Assembly (NCBI GenBank): GCA_049322215.1
Contig: JBMORU010000001.1
Span: 900,023-964,022 of the forward strand
DNA length: 64,000 nucleotides
Direction: 5' to 3'
Source of the DNA: Patescibacteria group bacterium
GTDB taxonomy: Bacteria; Patescibacteriota; WWE3; UBA101185; UBA10185
Both the position numbers and the translations under genes were made by a program. Under the pieces are notes generated by a model, which saw nothing but the letters and a program-made list of their open reading frames with translations, was not told where the DNA came from and made no database searches. This document shows positions 18,660-28,749 of the stretch, in pieces. Position 1 is the stretch's first letter. Every line of letters starts with the position of its first letter.

Positions 18660-20504
18660 ATGGAAGAATTTGAAAGCACACCTTTAGAGCAAAATTCTAC
18701 ACAAAACACTAAAACACCAATACCTGAAACAAAACATGCGTATATAGATAAAATAATATTGATAGCTATATTTGTTATTTTGGTATTTACTACCTACTTT
18801 GCACTTTTTGTTAAACAACCAAAGAGGCAAATACCAGTAAACCAAAGTATTTCGCCAGTAATAGAAAAACCTAGCCAAGAAATAAACAAACCTGAAGAAA
18901 TAATTGTAATTTCGGCAGAAGCGTTAGCTTTTCACAAACCCCAATTAATTAAGCAATTTGAAGACGACGAAGCCACATACGAATTTTATAAAGTAGGCAA
19001 TGTACTTGAAGGTGACTACAAGGGTTATGAAATAGTTAAAGGAAAGTTTCAAACAACGGCAGGACCTTGCAAAGGTCCCGGATGTGGAAAGCCTTTTTTT
19101 ATTCGTTATTTAAAAAAAGATAGAGACTTAATACATTTAGCATTAAACTCTGAGTTAACCGAAATTAAACGATGGGGAATAGATCCTACTAAAATAGCCG
19201 ATTGGAACTTTACACTTAACAACGAACTTACTTTAGAACCTTTTAATCTTCCAAAGGAAACTAATTATAATGGGGGCACAATAAAATATGTTAAAACAGA
19301 AGAAGGTCTACCAAACAATAACACTTATATCGTATACACTGATCCAATTTTAGGCCAAGTATACACAACAAAAGAAAGTGTTAGCCCCCAAGAGCCATTT
19401 TACAGTGGAGAAGAAACAGCTTACGAAACTACAGGAAAATGGGGAGATGGGGTAGATAGCTGCTATAACGAGGAATGCTTTTTTTCAAATGGACTTTTTG
19501 TATTTCACCCTGACGAAACATTTTCAATTTACACATATAAACCTGTAGAATTTTCATACAAAATATTGGCTAGTGAAAAAACTTACAATATAACAGACTA
19601 CGAAGGGGAGTATTACTTTAAAACTAGAAATGGATGTAGTGGAAATGACGCTGATTATATAAGTATTGCAAATCCCTCAAACGTATCAATAAGCGATTTA
19701 AAAGAAGTTGGTAGTTTTAGTCAAGGCGATAAGAGACTTTTATTTTTTAACAATACCGAGCACCCATACCTAACTCATTTTTACGAAAAATACAAACTAT
19801 ATTTCCCTGAACTTGAGCAAATGCGCATAGGAGAAGAAAAAAACCTTACGTTTAAAACTTTTGAAGATTTTTCAGCCGCTTATCCTGTTTTATTCTTTGA
19901 AGACGACTTCGGTAGGTTAGTAAGACTTACGCACAAAGAATTTGTAATACCTTACGCATGTGAACCAATAATTTACTTATACCCTGAACAAGAAACAGAA
20001 ATTAGCATAAAACTTGATACAAATTTGGTTGAATTGGTTGGTTCTAAACCTGAATACAATACGGGCTGGGCTGTTACAGCATTTCCATCAGGAAAAGTTA
20101 TTGATCAAAACAGTAATACTTACCCCTATATTTTTTGGGAAGGAACTTTAAAATATTTACCTGAGAAAAATGATGGGTTTGTGGTTAAAAAAGAAAACGT
20201 GGAAATAAGCTTTAAAAAAACTCTTCCAAAACTGGGTTTAAATGAGCAAGAAACAATAGACTTTATTAAGGCTTGGACACCAAAGCTTAAAATAGCGCCT
20301 TACTACTTTATAACTTTTCATAATACAAAAACAGTTAATACCTATGCTCCGCTAAATGTACAACCAACGCCTACTACAGTGATTAGGATTTTAATGGAAT
20401 ATAAGCCTCTAAATGAATATACAGAGGTGGCACCCTTTAAATACGACAAAACACCCCAAAGAAACGGCTTTACACTTGTAGAGTGGGGCGGTATAGAGCG
20501 CTAA
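18660..20504 (+). CDS. Membrane-anchored protein with C-terminal PxIYLYP...EWGG domain
   Basis: Motifs EPIIYLYP, YPYIFWEG, LGLNEQE..DFI..W, EWGG. Confidence 0.7.
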   Translation: MEEFESTPLEQNSTQNTKTPIPETKHAYIDKIILIAIFVILVFTTYFALFVKQPKRQIPVNQSISPVIEKPSQEINKPEEIIVISAEALAFHKPQLIKQFEDDEATYEFYKVGNVLEGDYKGYEIVKGKFQTTAGPCKGPGCGKPFFIRYLKKDRDLIHLALNSELTEIKRWGIDPTKIADWNFTLNNELTLEPFNLPKETNYNGGTIKYVKTEEGLPNNNTYIVYTDPILGQVYTTKESVSPQEPFYSGEETAYETTGKWGDGVDSCYNEECFFSNGLFVFHPDETFSIYTYKPVEFSYKILASEKTYNITDYEGEYYFKTRNGCSGNDADYISIANPSNVSISDLKEVGSFSQGDKRLLFFNNTEHPYLTHFYEKYKLYFPELEQMRIGEEKNLTFKTFEDFSAAYPVLFFEDDFGRLVRLTHKEFVIPYACEPIIYLYPEQETEISIKLDTNLVELVGSKPEYNTGWAVTAFPSGKVIDQNSNTYPYIFWEGTLKYLPEKNDGFVVKKENVEISFKKTLPKLGLNEQETIDFIKAWTPKLKIAPYYFITFHNTKTVNTYAPLNVQPTPTTVIRILMEYKPLNEYTEVAPFKYDKTPQRNGFTLVEWGGIER

Positions 20505-20521
20505 AAAGAACTTTTTTAAGC

Positions 20522-20953
20522 TTAGCTTTCTGATTCTACGTATTTTTTGAAATTGTTTAATATAGCTTGCCAGCCTTCACGTTGCATATCAAGAGAATTG
20601 GTGCTTTCAGGATCAAAGGTAACAATTACCTTAGTTTCGGCATTTTCCGAACCTTCAGAATCAGAAATAAAATCAACGCTTACTTGTCTTCCATCGTCCA
20701 TGGTATATGCAAGCTGAGCATAAGTTTCTACCGCATCGTAAGTACCTTCAAAATCAAAGCCGGCGCTTCCATCTTTTGCTTCCATTCTAGATAAAAACCT
20801 ACCACCAACTCTTAAATCATTTTCTGCATGTGGTGTATGCCAATCTTCAGAGGCATTATTCCATTTAACTATGTGTTCGGGTTGAGTGTAAAATTCCCAA
20901 ACTTTTTCTATTGCGGAGTCAATATTTACTTGAATAGTAATTGGTTCTTGCAT
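20522..20953 (-). CDS. SRPBCC/AHSA1 family protein
   Basis: Motifs KVWEFYTQPEHIVKWN, DLRVGG, QREGWQAIL. Confidence 0.85.
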   Translation of the reverse strand: MQEPITIQVNIDSAIEKVWEFYTQPEHIVKWNNASEDWHTPHAENDLRVGGRFLSRMEAKDGSAGFDFEGTYDAVETYAQLAYTMDDGRQVSVDFISDSEGSENAETKVIVTFDPESTNSLDMQREGWQAILNNFKKYVESES

Positions 20954-21351
20954 TATTGTGTTTCCTCTACCATAACTTTAAAACCACCGTAAGCCATTTT
21001 TTCCATATCAAATGGCATAGGTTTATCTTTCCATTCCTCTTTGTTCATTTCGGGGTCTTGCATTACGTTAGCATTTACTTCATCACGGTGTTCTTTTGAT
21101 TCAAAAATAATAAAAGAAAACCAAACTTCTTCATCTTCTTTTGAGTTGGTCATTTCAGGAAAAGTGCGTAATTTCATATCGCCCATTTCACTCATATCAC
21201 CCATATCTGGTGTTAAATCGTCACCTACACATTCAAAGTAAGCTAACGCTCCATGCTTTTTCCATATTTTTCCTGCTTCAGTAGCAATTTGCTTATATGC
21301 TTCTCTTTCACCTTTAGGAACTACAAGTACGAATCCATCTACATATTTCAT
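20953..21351 (-). CDS. DUF1428 (YbaA-like) protein
   Basis: Motifs YVDGFVLVVP, ECVGDD, HRDEVN, MPFD..MAYGGF. Confidence 0.85.
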   Translation of the reverse strand: MKYVDGFVLVVPKGEREAYKQIATEAGKIWKKHGALAYFECVGDDLTPDMGDMSEMGDMKLRTFPEMTNSKEDEEVWFSFIIFESKEHRDEVNANVMQDPEMNKEEWKDKPMPFDMEKMAYGGFKVMVEETQ

Positions 21352-21494
21352 TTTTTGCACTTTCTTTAAATAAATAGATATTTTTTATGTATATATACAT
21401 TATCATCTATATGTAGAAGTGTAAAACAAAGTAAGTAATGTTGCGCACACCCCATAGTATTGACTAAAAGATGCATTTGTGATATATATCCCAC

Positions 21495-22355
21495 ATGAAT
21501 AAAATAACCTATAAAACAAAAACTGTGGCTACAATTGTTACAATAATGGCGACTTTATTATTTTCAGCTAAAACAGTGGCGGCAGCCTTTATAGTTCCAC
21601 AACTTCCTAGCGACAACTTAATTAACAACCCATGGTTTAGAAACAGCTTAAACAAACCAAGTTTAGAAGGGTGGACAGATGCAACAGGCCCTTTGGGATC
21701 TTGGGGAGCAACAGATAAAGATGGAAATCCAACACCAAACAATGTAATTGGCACTGCTGCACGTGTGTCTGCTGGAATGGGTGGATCTAACTCAAACTTA
21801 CCACCACATTACGATGCCTACTTATACCAAGTTGTTGCTGCGGATCCTACGCAAACAACACTAAACTTTGATACTTACTGGGTAGCGCATACTATAAAAC
21901 CTGCAGAAGTTACCATATATGGATCAAACACTCCTAACGGAAGTTGGACACCGGTTTGGAAGCCATTCAATCAAAATATAACAACTACTTTATTTTCTCC
22001 TCCTGGAGAAAACCATAACTACTGGCTTTGGAACTATTACTCAAATACTACGGATAAAGTGAGTACAACTATTGCAATGGGATATCCATATTATAAAGTA
22101 GAAATACATGTTAATTTTCCAGATGCAGATGGCGGCTTTAAAATAACGGGAGTTTACTTTAGTACAAGTCATACTAACGGGAACCCAAACCCTACACCAA
22201 ATCCTGAGCCTGTACCTACTCCAACGCCAGAGCCTACACCTAGTCCTGAACCCACACCAAACCCTGAGCCTAGTCCAGAACCAAATCCTAGACACAGAAG
22301 CAGAAGAAACAACAGTATCTCAATAAGTAAAATTCGAGATAATCTAGGTATATAA
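21495..22355 (+). CDS. Secreted protein with beta-rich domain and Pro/Thr/Glu linker
   Basis: Signal peptide, NLINNPWF, PTP/PEP repeats near the C-terminus. Confidence 0.7.
   Translation: MNKITYKTKTVATIVTIMATLLFSAKTVAAAFIVPQLPSDNLINNPWFRNSLNKPSLEGWTDATGPLGSWGATDKDGNPTPNNVIGTAARVSAGMGGSNSNLPPHYDAYLYQVVAADPTQTTLNFDTYWVAHTIKPAEVTIYGSNTPNGSWTPVWKPFNQNITTTLFSPPGENHNYWLWNYYSNTTDKVSTTIAMGYPYYKVEIHVNFPDADGGFKITGVYFSTSHTNGNPNPTPNPEPVPTPTPEPTPSPEPTPNPEPSPEPNPRHRSRRNNSISISKIRDNLGI
22183..22289 (+). repeat. Coding Pro-X (PTP/PEP/PNP) repeat
   Basis: NPNPTPNPEPVPTPTPEPTPSPEPTPNPEPSPEPNP. Confidence 0.8.
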
Positions 22356-22513
22356 AAGTTTGTACTTGTGCCTTATTGTTTGCCTTGCATTGTATTTTTG
22401 CGCAGGCGTTTTAACAAACTTTAATAAAAAGGTGCATACAAACCTATAGTTGAAAACCGTTGTAATTATAGTAAAATCATACAAACAATAATCAATAAAA
22501 AAGGAGAGTACCT

Positions 22514-22957
22514 ATGACTACAGCGTTAGCTGTATTAGCAAGCTACGTTTTAATGCGAATTGTAGTAAGGGATAAACTGTTTACTATTTACCACAATGCG
22601 CTTGATTGTGTCCAAGAAATGGACAACCTTGTTAAAACGCATGGAAGCACTGTTGGTGACTTAATAAGTGCAGGTGTTAAAGACAGGTATGATGAGCTGT
22701 GGGACGAAGGGGGTAAATTGTACCGCCGTGCTGTGCCTTTAGCAGCTTTTTTGATGTATTGGCCTGTTGGACCCTTATTCCTTAAAAACAAACTTCTCGC
22801 TGCATACGATGAAGTGGGCTTGTTTTCAGGAAGAATGGGATCCTATAATACCTGGGAAGACTTACGACGCGGGTATGCACGCAATACTAAATACTACCCG
22901 CATGCACACTTATTGGGTAATTTAAACACCATTAAGTTTGCTTTTAAGCTATCGTAA
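22514..22957 (+). CDS. Orphan hypothetical protein
   Basis: AAAAGGAGAG SD, N-terminal hydrophobic helix, long hairpin at 22973-23012. Confidence 0.65.
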   Translation: MTTALAVLASYVLMRIVVRDKLFTIYHNALDCVQEMDNLVKTHGSTVGDLISAGVKDRYDELWDEGGKLYRRAVPLAAFLMYWPVGPLFLKNKLLAAYDEVGLFSGRMGSYNTWEDLRRGYARNTKYYPHAHLLGNLNTIKFAFKLS

Positions 22958-23027
22958 CTTACTGCACAATATGAGCAACCCTATATGATAAACATTTCAT
23001 TTAGGGTTGTTCTAACACTTTCACTTT

Positions 23028-23657
23028 ATGAAAACTATTCAAAACAACTTTTTTTCCAGAAAAACAGAAACTGTCGCAAAAGAATTAATAGGAAAGGTTA
23101 TATTTAGCAAATACAAAAATATTTGGCTTAAAGCTCAAATTATAGAAACAGAAGCCTACATGAAAACAGAAAAGGGGAGTCATGCCTCACTAGGTTTTAC
23201 TGAAAAAAAGAAAGCTTTATTTATGCCCCCCGGCACAATTTATATGTACTACGCACGCGGAAAAGATTCATTTAATATTAGTACCGATAGTCCTGGAGAT
23301 GCTGTGCTTATAAAGTCAGGAGTTCCATATTTAGGTGATAAGGAAAAAGATAAAAAGATGCTACAAATAATGAAAAAACTAAACCCTATAAATTCAAAAG
23401 AAAGAGAAACAATGAAACTCTGCTCAGGACAAACTTTAATCGCAAAATCTTTAAACATTAAACTAGCTGATTGGAATCAAAAAAACTTTGATGAAAATAA
23501 ACTCTTTATAGCAGATATTGGCTATAAACCTAAAAAAACTATACAAACACAAAGGCTTGGAATTCCTAAAGGTAGAGATGAACACCTCCCCTTACGCTAT
23601 ATAGATGAAATGTATGTAAAGTATTGCACCAAAAAACCTATTTTATTCTCCTCTTAA
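23028..23657 (+). CDS. mpg: 3-methyladenine DNA glycosylase (MPG/AAG family)
   Basis: Motifs VAKELIGK, IIETEAY, SHA, PGTIYMY, AVLI, RLGI. Confidence 0.85.
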   Translation: MKTIQNNFFSRKTETVAKELIGKVIFSKYKNIWLKAQIIETEAYMKTEKGSHASLGFTEKKKALFMPPGTIYMYYARGKDSFNISTDSPGDAVLIKSGVPYLGDKEKDKKMLQIMKKLNPINSKERETMKLCSGQTLIAKSLNIKLADWNQKNFDENKLFIADIGYKPKKTIQTQRLGIPKGRDEHLPLRYIDEMYVKYCTKKPILFSS

Positions 23658-24245
23658 ATACTGTGAATAATACTTGTCATCAGAAATAAACTTAGCTAAA
23701 GCCTCTTTAATAAGTTTAGTTCTACTTTTTCCCTTATTAAATTGTGCCCAATCTAAATATTGACGTTCATCTCCGGTCAAAACTAAATGAAATCTATTTG
23801 TCTCATTTACACGCTCAAATTTGTTAATAAATGAAACAATAATGTTACTAAGTTCATCCCGCTTATACTCAGTAACTTGTAATATTTTAGAATCAATGCC
23901 GTGTATAAACATTTGCTCAAACTTTCGGTGTTTTCTTCCTTGCCATAAAACTAATGTAGGCTTTTTTTGCTGAATAGATAAAGTAATTTGATGCCCCGTA
24001 CTAAAGTTGGAGACAGTGTCTTCAACTATTACTAAATCCGCTTCTTTTATTGCACGTATATTGTCCTGATAAATTTCTTTAATATCATTGATAGACTTCA
24101 CTCCGCTTTTTATGCGTTTGTTTGTGTGAGGTAACCAATCGCGTGTAAGTAAGTGACCTTGCTTTATTAAAAGTTCTCTAATATAAAAATAATCTTTTTT
24201 GTACTTTTCAAAGTCAGCGGTAGAACATGTAAAGTGTATTTTCAT
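23643..24245 (-). CDS. Nucleoside 2-deoxyribosyltransferase-like domain with C-terminal ribbon-helix-helix-like region
   Basis: IYQDNIRAIKEADLVIVE...STGHQI...KKPTLVL. C-terminus RFHLVL...YLDW...SRTKLIKEAL. Start placed at MKIHF. Confidence 0.65.
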   Translation of the reverse strand: MKIHFTCSTADFEKYKKDYFYIRELLIKQGHLLTRDWLPHTNKRIKSGVKSINDIKEIYQDNIRAIKEADLVIVEDTVSNFSTGHQITLSIQQKKPTLVLWQGRKHRKFEQMFIHGIDSKILQVTEYKRDELSNIIVSFINKFERVNETNRFHLVLTGDERQYLDWAQFNKGKSRTKLIKEALAKFISDDKYYSQYLRGE

Positions 24246-24352
24246 AAGATCAAAATACCAAACACACATTTTGTGTGCAATATGTGCATATACAGAACAC
24301 AGTAGGTTCTGTAGCATAAACTAAATTTGCAATTGTTTAAAAGGAGAAAATA

Positions 24353-24865
24353 ATGAAACAGCTTGAGCATGCTTTAAAACAAAATTTAACATTTGTCCCA
24401 GCAGTAGTAGGGTTTCCAATTAAAGGAAACAAAGTACTGTTAATGCATAGAATAAAAACATCAAGTGGTCTAGGACAAGACTTAGTGTCAGGAATTGGGG
24501 GTAAAGTGGGGGATGAAGAAATGTTTAAAGGCGAGTCCCACGAAGAAGCGCTTGTAAGAGAAACAAAAGAAGAAGTAGGTATTGTTCCTATAGAATTTAA
24601 AGAATCGGGTAATGTAACCTTTATTTGGACAACAAAACCCGAGTGGAATATGAAAGTAAAAATTTATACCATTAATTCTTGGGAAGGGGTGCCAAAACAA
24701 ACCGAAGTTGCACTACCTGTTTGGCACAACAAAAATAACTTACCAAAAGAAAATATGTGGGAAGATAATATACATTGGGTACCCAAGGTTTTAGCCGGCG
24801 AAATTGTAGATGCAGTGTTTTTATATGACGAAAGCAAACGGCTTTCAGAGTACCTTTTTAAGTAA
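24353..24865 (+). CDS. Nudix hydrolase (MutT/MTH1-like)
   Basis: Nudix box GGKV...ESHEEALVRETKEEVGI, then MWEDNIHW. Confidence 0.9.
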   Translation: MKQLEHALKQNLTFVPAVVGFPIKGNKVLLMHRIKTSSGLGQDLVSGIGGKVGDEEMFKGESHEEALVRETKEEVGIVPIEFKESGNVTFIWTTKPEWNMKVKIYTINSWEGVPKQTEVALPVWHNKNNLPKENMWEDNIHWVPKVLAGEIVDAVFLYDESKRLSEYLFK

Positions 24866-24935
24866 GCTAAAGTTGTAATGAAAGCCTTATGTTTGTATTA
24901 GCTTAAGGCTTTATTTATGTGATAGCATTTAGTTA

Positions 24936-26027
24936 ATGAAAAAGAAGTATTTTCTACTTTTAGTATTATCATTTGGCACCTTAGCAATTGTAATACTTTT
25001 AATTCCACAGTTTGTTAAACAAAAAAACTATATAGAACGTGCTCAAAAAAAATACGAGGAAATCGAGCAAACACCTTTACAAAACCCAACAGTAGATACA
25101 ATACCCTTAAACAAAAAAGTCTACCTATTAATATATAATCCAAAAATAAACGACCAGTACACAAATGAGTATTTTGGTTGGAATGACCCAGAAGAAATTA
25201 CGAATGAAGTTATCGCCTTTTTCAAAAATGTTTCTGAAGGCTATTTAAATTACGAAATAGTTCAAAAAAAGGTTGTAGAGGAATTTCCTGCAAAAGAAGA
25301 CGGCTTTGTATATACATTTGAAAACTATATTGAATGTGTAAATAGCAATGGGGAAAAATGCCATGATCCCGATATAGCCGACTACGTAAAAATATTAGAT
25401 GCGAACAACATTTGTGAAATGTTAAATAACGATGAGATTGACGAACTATGGCTTTGGGGAGGCCCTTGGTTTGGATACTGGGAATCAAATTTAGCAGGAA
25501 GATATTCGTTTTGGTATAACTCTAACCCTACACACTTTAACACCTGTAAAACACCTTTACCAATTATGGGTTTCAACTACGAAAGAACAAAAAACGAAGC
25601 TATACACAATTTTGGTCATAGAGCAGAGAGTACTTTAAAAAGAGTTTTTCAGTCGTGGGATGCAGAAAACACGCATGGATGGAATAGATTTGCACTACTT
25701 TCAAGGAATAATAATGGCCAAGGGGGTTGTGGAAACACACATATTACAGTAAATGGTACCGAAGATTACATTTACACAAATAAAGATAATGTAATGTCTA
25801 ATTGTGAAGAGTTTAAAGATTATCCCAATATAGAAAATACTTACAAAATGGTTAATTGCAATGACTGGGGCTGTGATGAGTTTGAATACTATACTTACTG
25901 GTGGAACAATATTCCAAGAAACACAGGAATAAATAAAGATGCTTTTACAGGCCAAGAAGTACTAAATAACTGGTGGAAATACATTTTTGATTTGAGCTGG
26001 ACATACAATAAAACAACTACTTATTAA
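24936..26027 (+). CDS. Membrane-anchored Cys-containing extracellular protein (zincin-like HxxGH)
   Basis: N-terminal TM helix, IDELWLWGGPWFG, GFNYER, HNFGHRAE, GCGNTH. Confidence 0.6.
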   Translation: MKKKYFLLLVLSFGTLAIVILLIPQFVKQKNYIERAQKKYEEIEQTPLQNPTVDTIPLNKKVYLLIYNPKINDQYTNEYFGWNDPEEITNEVIAFFKNVSEGYLNYEIVQKKVVEEFPAKEDGFVYTFENYIECVNSNGEKCHDPDIADYVKILDANNICEMLNNDEIDELWLWGGPWFGYWESNLAGRYSFWYNSNPTHFNTCKTPLPIMGFNYERTKNEAIHNFGHRAESTLKRVFQSWDAENTHGWNRFALLSRNNNGQGGCGNTHITVNGTEDYIYTNKDNVMSNCEEFKDYPNIENTYKMVNCNDWGCDEFEYYTYWWNNIPRNTGINKDAFTGQEVLNNWWKYIFDLSWTYNKTTTY

Positions 26028-26090
26028 GCCCATAGTATGATATAATTTCGCAAATAAAACTTAACAAACACCTTATATAAGGAGAGACAA

Positions 26091-27608
26091 ATGAACGTAG
26101 TTTATTGGCAAATGGGAGCTTTGGTAGTAGTTATTTCTGCTGTCATAGGTCTTATTGCGAAATACGCATTGGATAAGTCAGAATCTGACTTGGAAATTAC
26201 CTGGACAGAGTATGCTATTGCTGTTGTGCTAATTTCTGTGGCTTTAGGCCCCTTTGCTGTTTGGCGAGGATCTGAAATTGCACGAAACAACCTTAAGTCG
26301 TTTAACGAAAACATCAACGCGGTAGTGACAGGTGTCAGCATTTCTCAAAAAACCTGCGAAAGAGATGGGGACTGTGTACACACCTATGACTGTGACCGCT
26401 ACAGATGTTCTTACTCATGCGATAGTGACAATGATGGGGACAGCGATGACACTTGCTATAAGTGGTGTTATCACAGTTGCCCATACTGTAGCGTGGAGTA
26501 TCAGCTGTTAATTCACACAAACACCGATGGTTGGTCTGGACGAAATCCGGTTATTGCTTCAAATATCATTCCTCCGGACGCGGATCAAAATTACCGCTGG
26601 CGTCAAAGTGAAGCCATTCCCCAAGGAATTCAAGATGCGTATGGGCGTTACCCGCAACAGTTTTTAGACGCCTTTTACAACCTGCAAAATGGCACCGAAG
26701 CACTACCATTTGTGTACCGGCGACAGTACAACAGTTACACGCTGGCTGCAAATGTTGATTCACCTGAAGAGTGGCAAGATGAAATTACATTGTTGCAACA
26801 GCACAAGCCCAATTTGATGCCAACACTGCAAACAACGGTAACAGGCAGCAACCAGGCGCACCGGGTTTACTTTGTAGGATTTACGCCAACGCCTGCGCAA
26901 GCGCAAGAATGGACAACCACCTTAAGCTATATCAACAGCCCGTTTGGTAACGACAGACAAGGCGACTTGCATGTAGTCATTATTAACAAGCAGGGTGTTG
27001 ATATGAGTTTGACAGATGCCCTAACCGCCATAAAGTACGACTGGCAAAACAGTGCAAAGTACGGCGATGACACCATGGCCAAAAATGCAGTATTGGTTGG
27101 TTTGGAAACTGACGACGGAGCAACAGTATTTCGTGCTGCAATGGTAACCGGCATGCCAGAAGAATTGTTTGATTTGCAGTATAACGATGATTTGCGTGCT
27201 GCAATAGCAAACGACTTAACAAATAAAGGGTTACCTCTTGACCCACAAGTTTTGTTTGGCCGTGCCACAATGCCTTTTACACCACAAACTGAGGAATGCA
27301 CAATTTTTAGCTGCTTTCGTGGTGTGGGGCCAGCGCAGCTTAGTGGGGGTGTTTTGACTGAGCGCTTGTTTGGTGTAACCAACCCGGAGTTGGCATTTCA
27401 GCGAATTAGCATGTCTGCCAAAGATCCAGAAGACGTAGGTCCCGGTTTTGTGGCACTTGATGAGCTAATTATTCCAACACCAAAACAGCAAACCTGGATC
27501 GTGATTTTATCAACGGTGTTTGCTTGCCTGGCTTGGGTTGCTACCGCACTGATAGGACAAAGGTATCGACCGTTTTACAACAGATATAGTAGATTTGGTA
27601 GGTACTAA
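26091..27608 (+). CDS. Orphan membrane protein with Cys cluster
   Basis: Two N-terminal and one C-terminal TM helices, Cys-rich segment C.RDGDC.H.Y.C...C, AAGGAGAG SD, visibly higher GC than neighbours. Confidence 0.75.
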   Translation: MNVVYWQMGALVVVISAVIGLIAKYALDKSESDLEITWTEYAIAVVLISVALGPFAVWRGSEIARNNLKSFNENINAVVTGVSISQKTCERDGDCVHTYDCDRYRCSYSCDSDNDGDSDDTCYKWCYHSCPYCSVEYQLLIHTNTDGWSGRNPVIASNIIPPDADQNYRWRQSEAIPQGIQDAYGRYPQQFLDAFYNLQNGTEALPFVYRRQYNSYTLAANVDSPEEWQDEITLLQQHKPNLMPTLQTTVTGSNQAHRVYFVGFTPTPAQAQEWTTTLSYINSPFGNDRQGDLHVVIINKQGVDMSLTDALTAIKYDWQNSAKYGDDTMAKNAVLVGLETDDGATVFRAAMVTGMPEELFDLQYNDDLRAAIANDLTNKGLPLDPQVLFGRATMPFTPQTEECTIFSCFRGVGPAQLSGGVLTERLFGVTNPELAFQRISMSAKDPEDVGPGFVALDELIIPTPKQQTWIVILSTVFACLAWVATALIGQRYRPFYNRYSRFGRY

Positions 27609-27615
27609 ACCTAAT

Positions 27616-27662
27616 GAGTCATTTCTTGAAGCAACAAACTTTAAGAAGTGACTCTTTTTTTT
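27616..27662 (+). terminator. Long-stem intrinsic terminator
   Basis: GAGTCATTTCTTGAAG-CAACAAA-CTTTAAGAAGTGACTC followed by T8. Confidence 0.75.
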
Positions 27663-28749
27663 ATTCATCTACACAAAGCAGTAAATCGTAGAATACAGAC
27701 TCGTTCGTGGGAGTTTGATTTGCATAAGTTGCTTTTACACTGATTTCATAAACTTTATTTGCGTTATATACGCGTGTCGTTTCCCAAGGAGCATTGGGTA
27801 TCAAAAACCAACCTTCTCCAGGGTTTAAACCACTATCAGGGTATATTCCTAATGTTTCATCAGCAGCCTCTTCAGTGGGACCCTCCATAATTACTGTAAA
27901 GCTTTCATGCTGTTGCGGAGGAACACCGCAGCTACCACCATCTGGGCATTGGTAACAAAGTGGGCCATCGGGACATTGTTCAGGATGCCCCTCGCCTGCG
28001 TAGCCTACAATATAAAGTCTGGAAGGTTCATCAAAAACTATTTCATAGGTATCGGTTGCAACCCCTTTAGTCACTACTAAGTCAGTTAAGCGTGTTAGTT
28101 CTTTTGTTCCAGAAGGACATGCAAGCACAGGGGGATCCCAAGCTTCACATAAACCACAATCACTAGAACACGAACTACAAGACTCACTTGCAGAACAATC
28201 TCCATCTCCACACACTGGGGCACAAGTACCACAATCTGCAGAACAGGTAGAGCAACTTTCACTACCATTGCAGTCTCCATCACCACAAATTGGAAGTGAT
28301 GTGCTTCCTCCCGAACATGAGTTTTCTATAGCAGCACAGCTTTCTTCATGCTCGAAAACTTCATTATCAATTGAACAAAAGCTTAAGCATCCCACGTCGA
28401 AACGAGTTGCATCGATAGCGTAACCATCTGGGGATCCAGCAACATAGCGATATGAATATAGGGCGCCTTCTGGGGTTCCATTTGGCCAATTAGATATTTG
28501 TGTGGCAACACCAGCTTCATCCATAATATTATCGTCACTATTTGTATCTTTCGGGTAATAACCCTCAATAATTCTAAAGTTATGTAAACCTTCTTCGAGT
28601 TTTTTTAAATTAGTTCTAACTACTGAATTTTTTGTGGCATCAACCTGACCCCGTCTGTTTATTACATTTACAACAACACCAGAAAGCGCAGCAATCATTG
28701 CCACTACAATTAAAACTTCAATTAAAGTAAATCCTTTTTTGTTAGTCAT
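27661..28749 (-). CDS. Type IV pilin-like protein with 2 Cys-rich repeats and C-terminal domain
   Basis: Class III signal KKG|FTLIEVL, two CGDGxC...C..C..DC repeats. Paralog of the adjacent gene. Confidence 0.85.
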   Translation of the reverse strand: MTNKKGFTLIEVLIVVAMIAALSGVVVNVINRRGQVDATKNSVVRTNLKKLEEGLHNFRIIEGYYPKDTNSDDNIMDEAGVATQISNWPNGTPEGALYSYRYVAGSPDGYAIDATRFDVGCLSFCSIDNEVFEHEESCAAIENSCSGGSTSLPICGDGDCNGSESCSTCSADCGTCAPVCGDGDCSASESCSSCSSDCGLCEAWDPPVLACPSGTKELTRLTDLVVTKGVATDTYEIVFDEPSRLYIVGYAGEGHPEQCPDGPLCYQCPDGGSCGVPPQQHESFTVIMEGPTEEAADETLGIYPDSGLNPGEGWFLIPNAPWETTRVYNANKVYEISVKATYANQTPTNESVFYDLLLCVDE

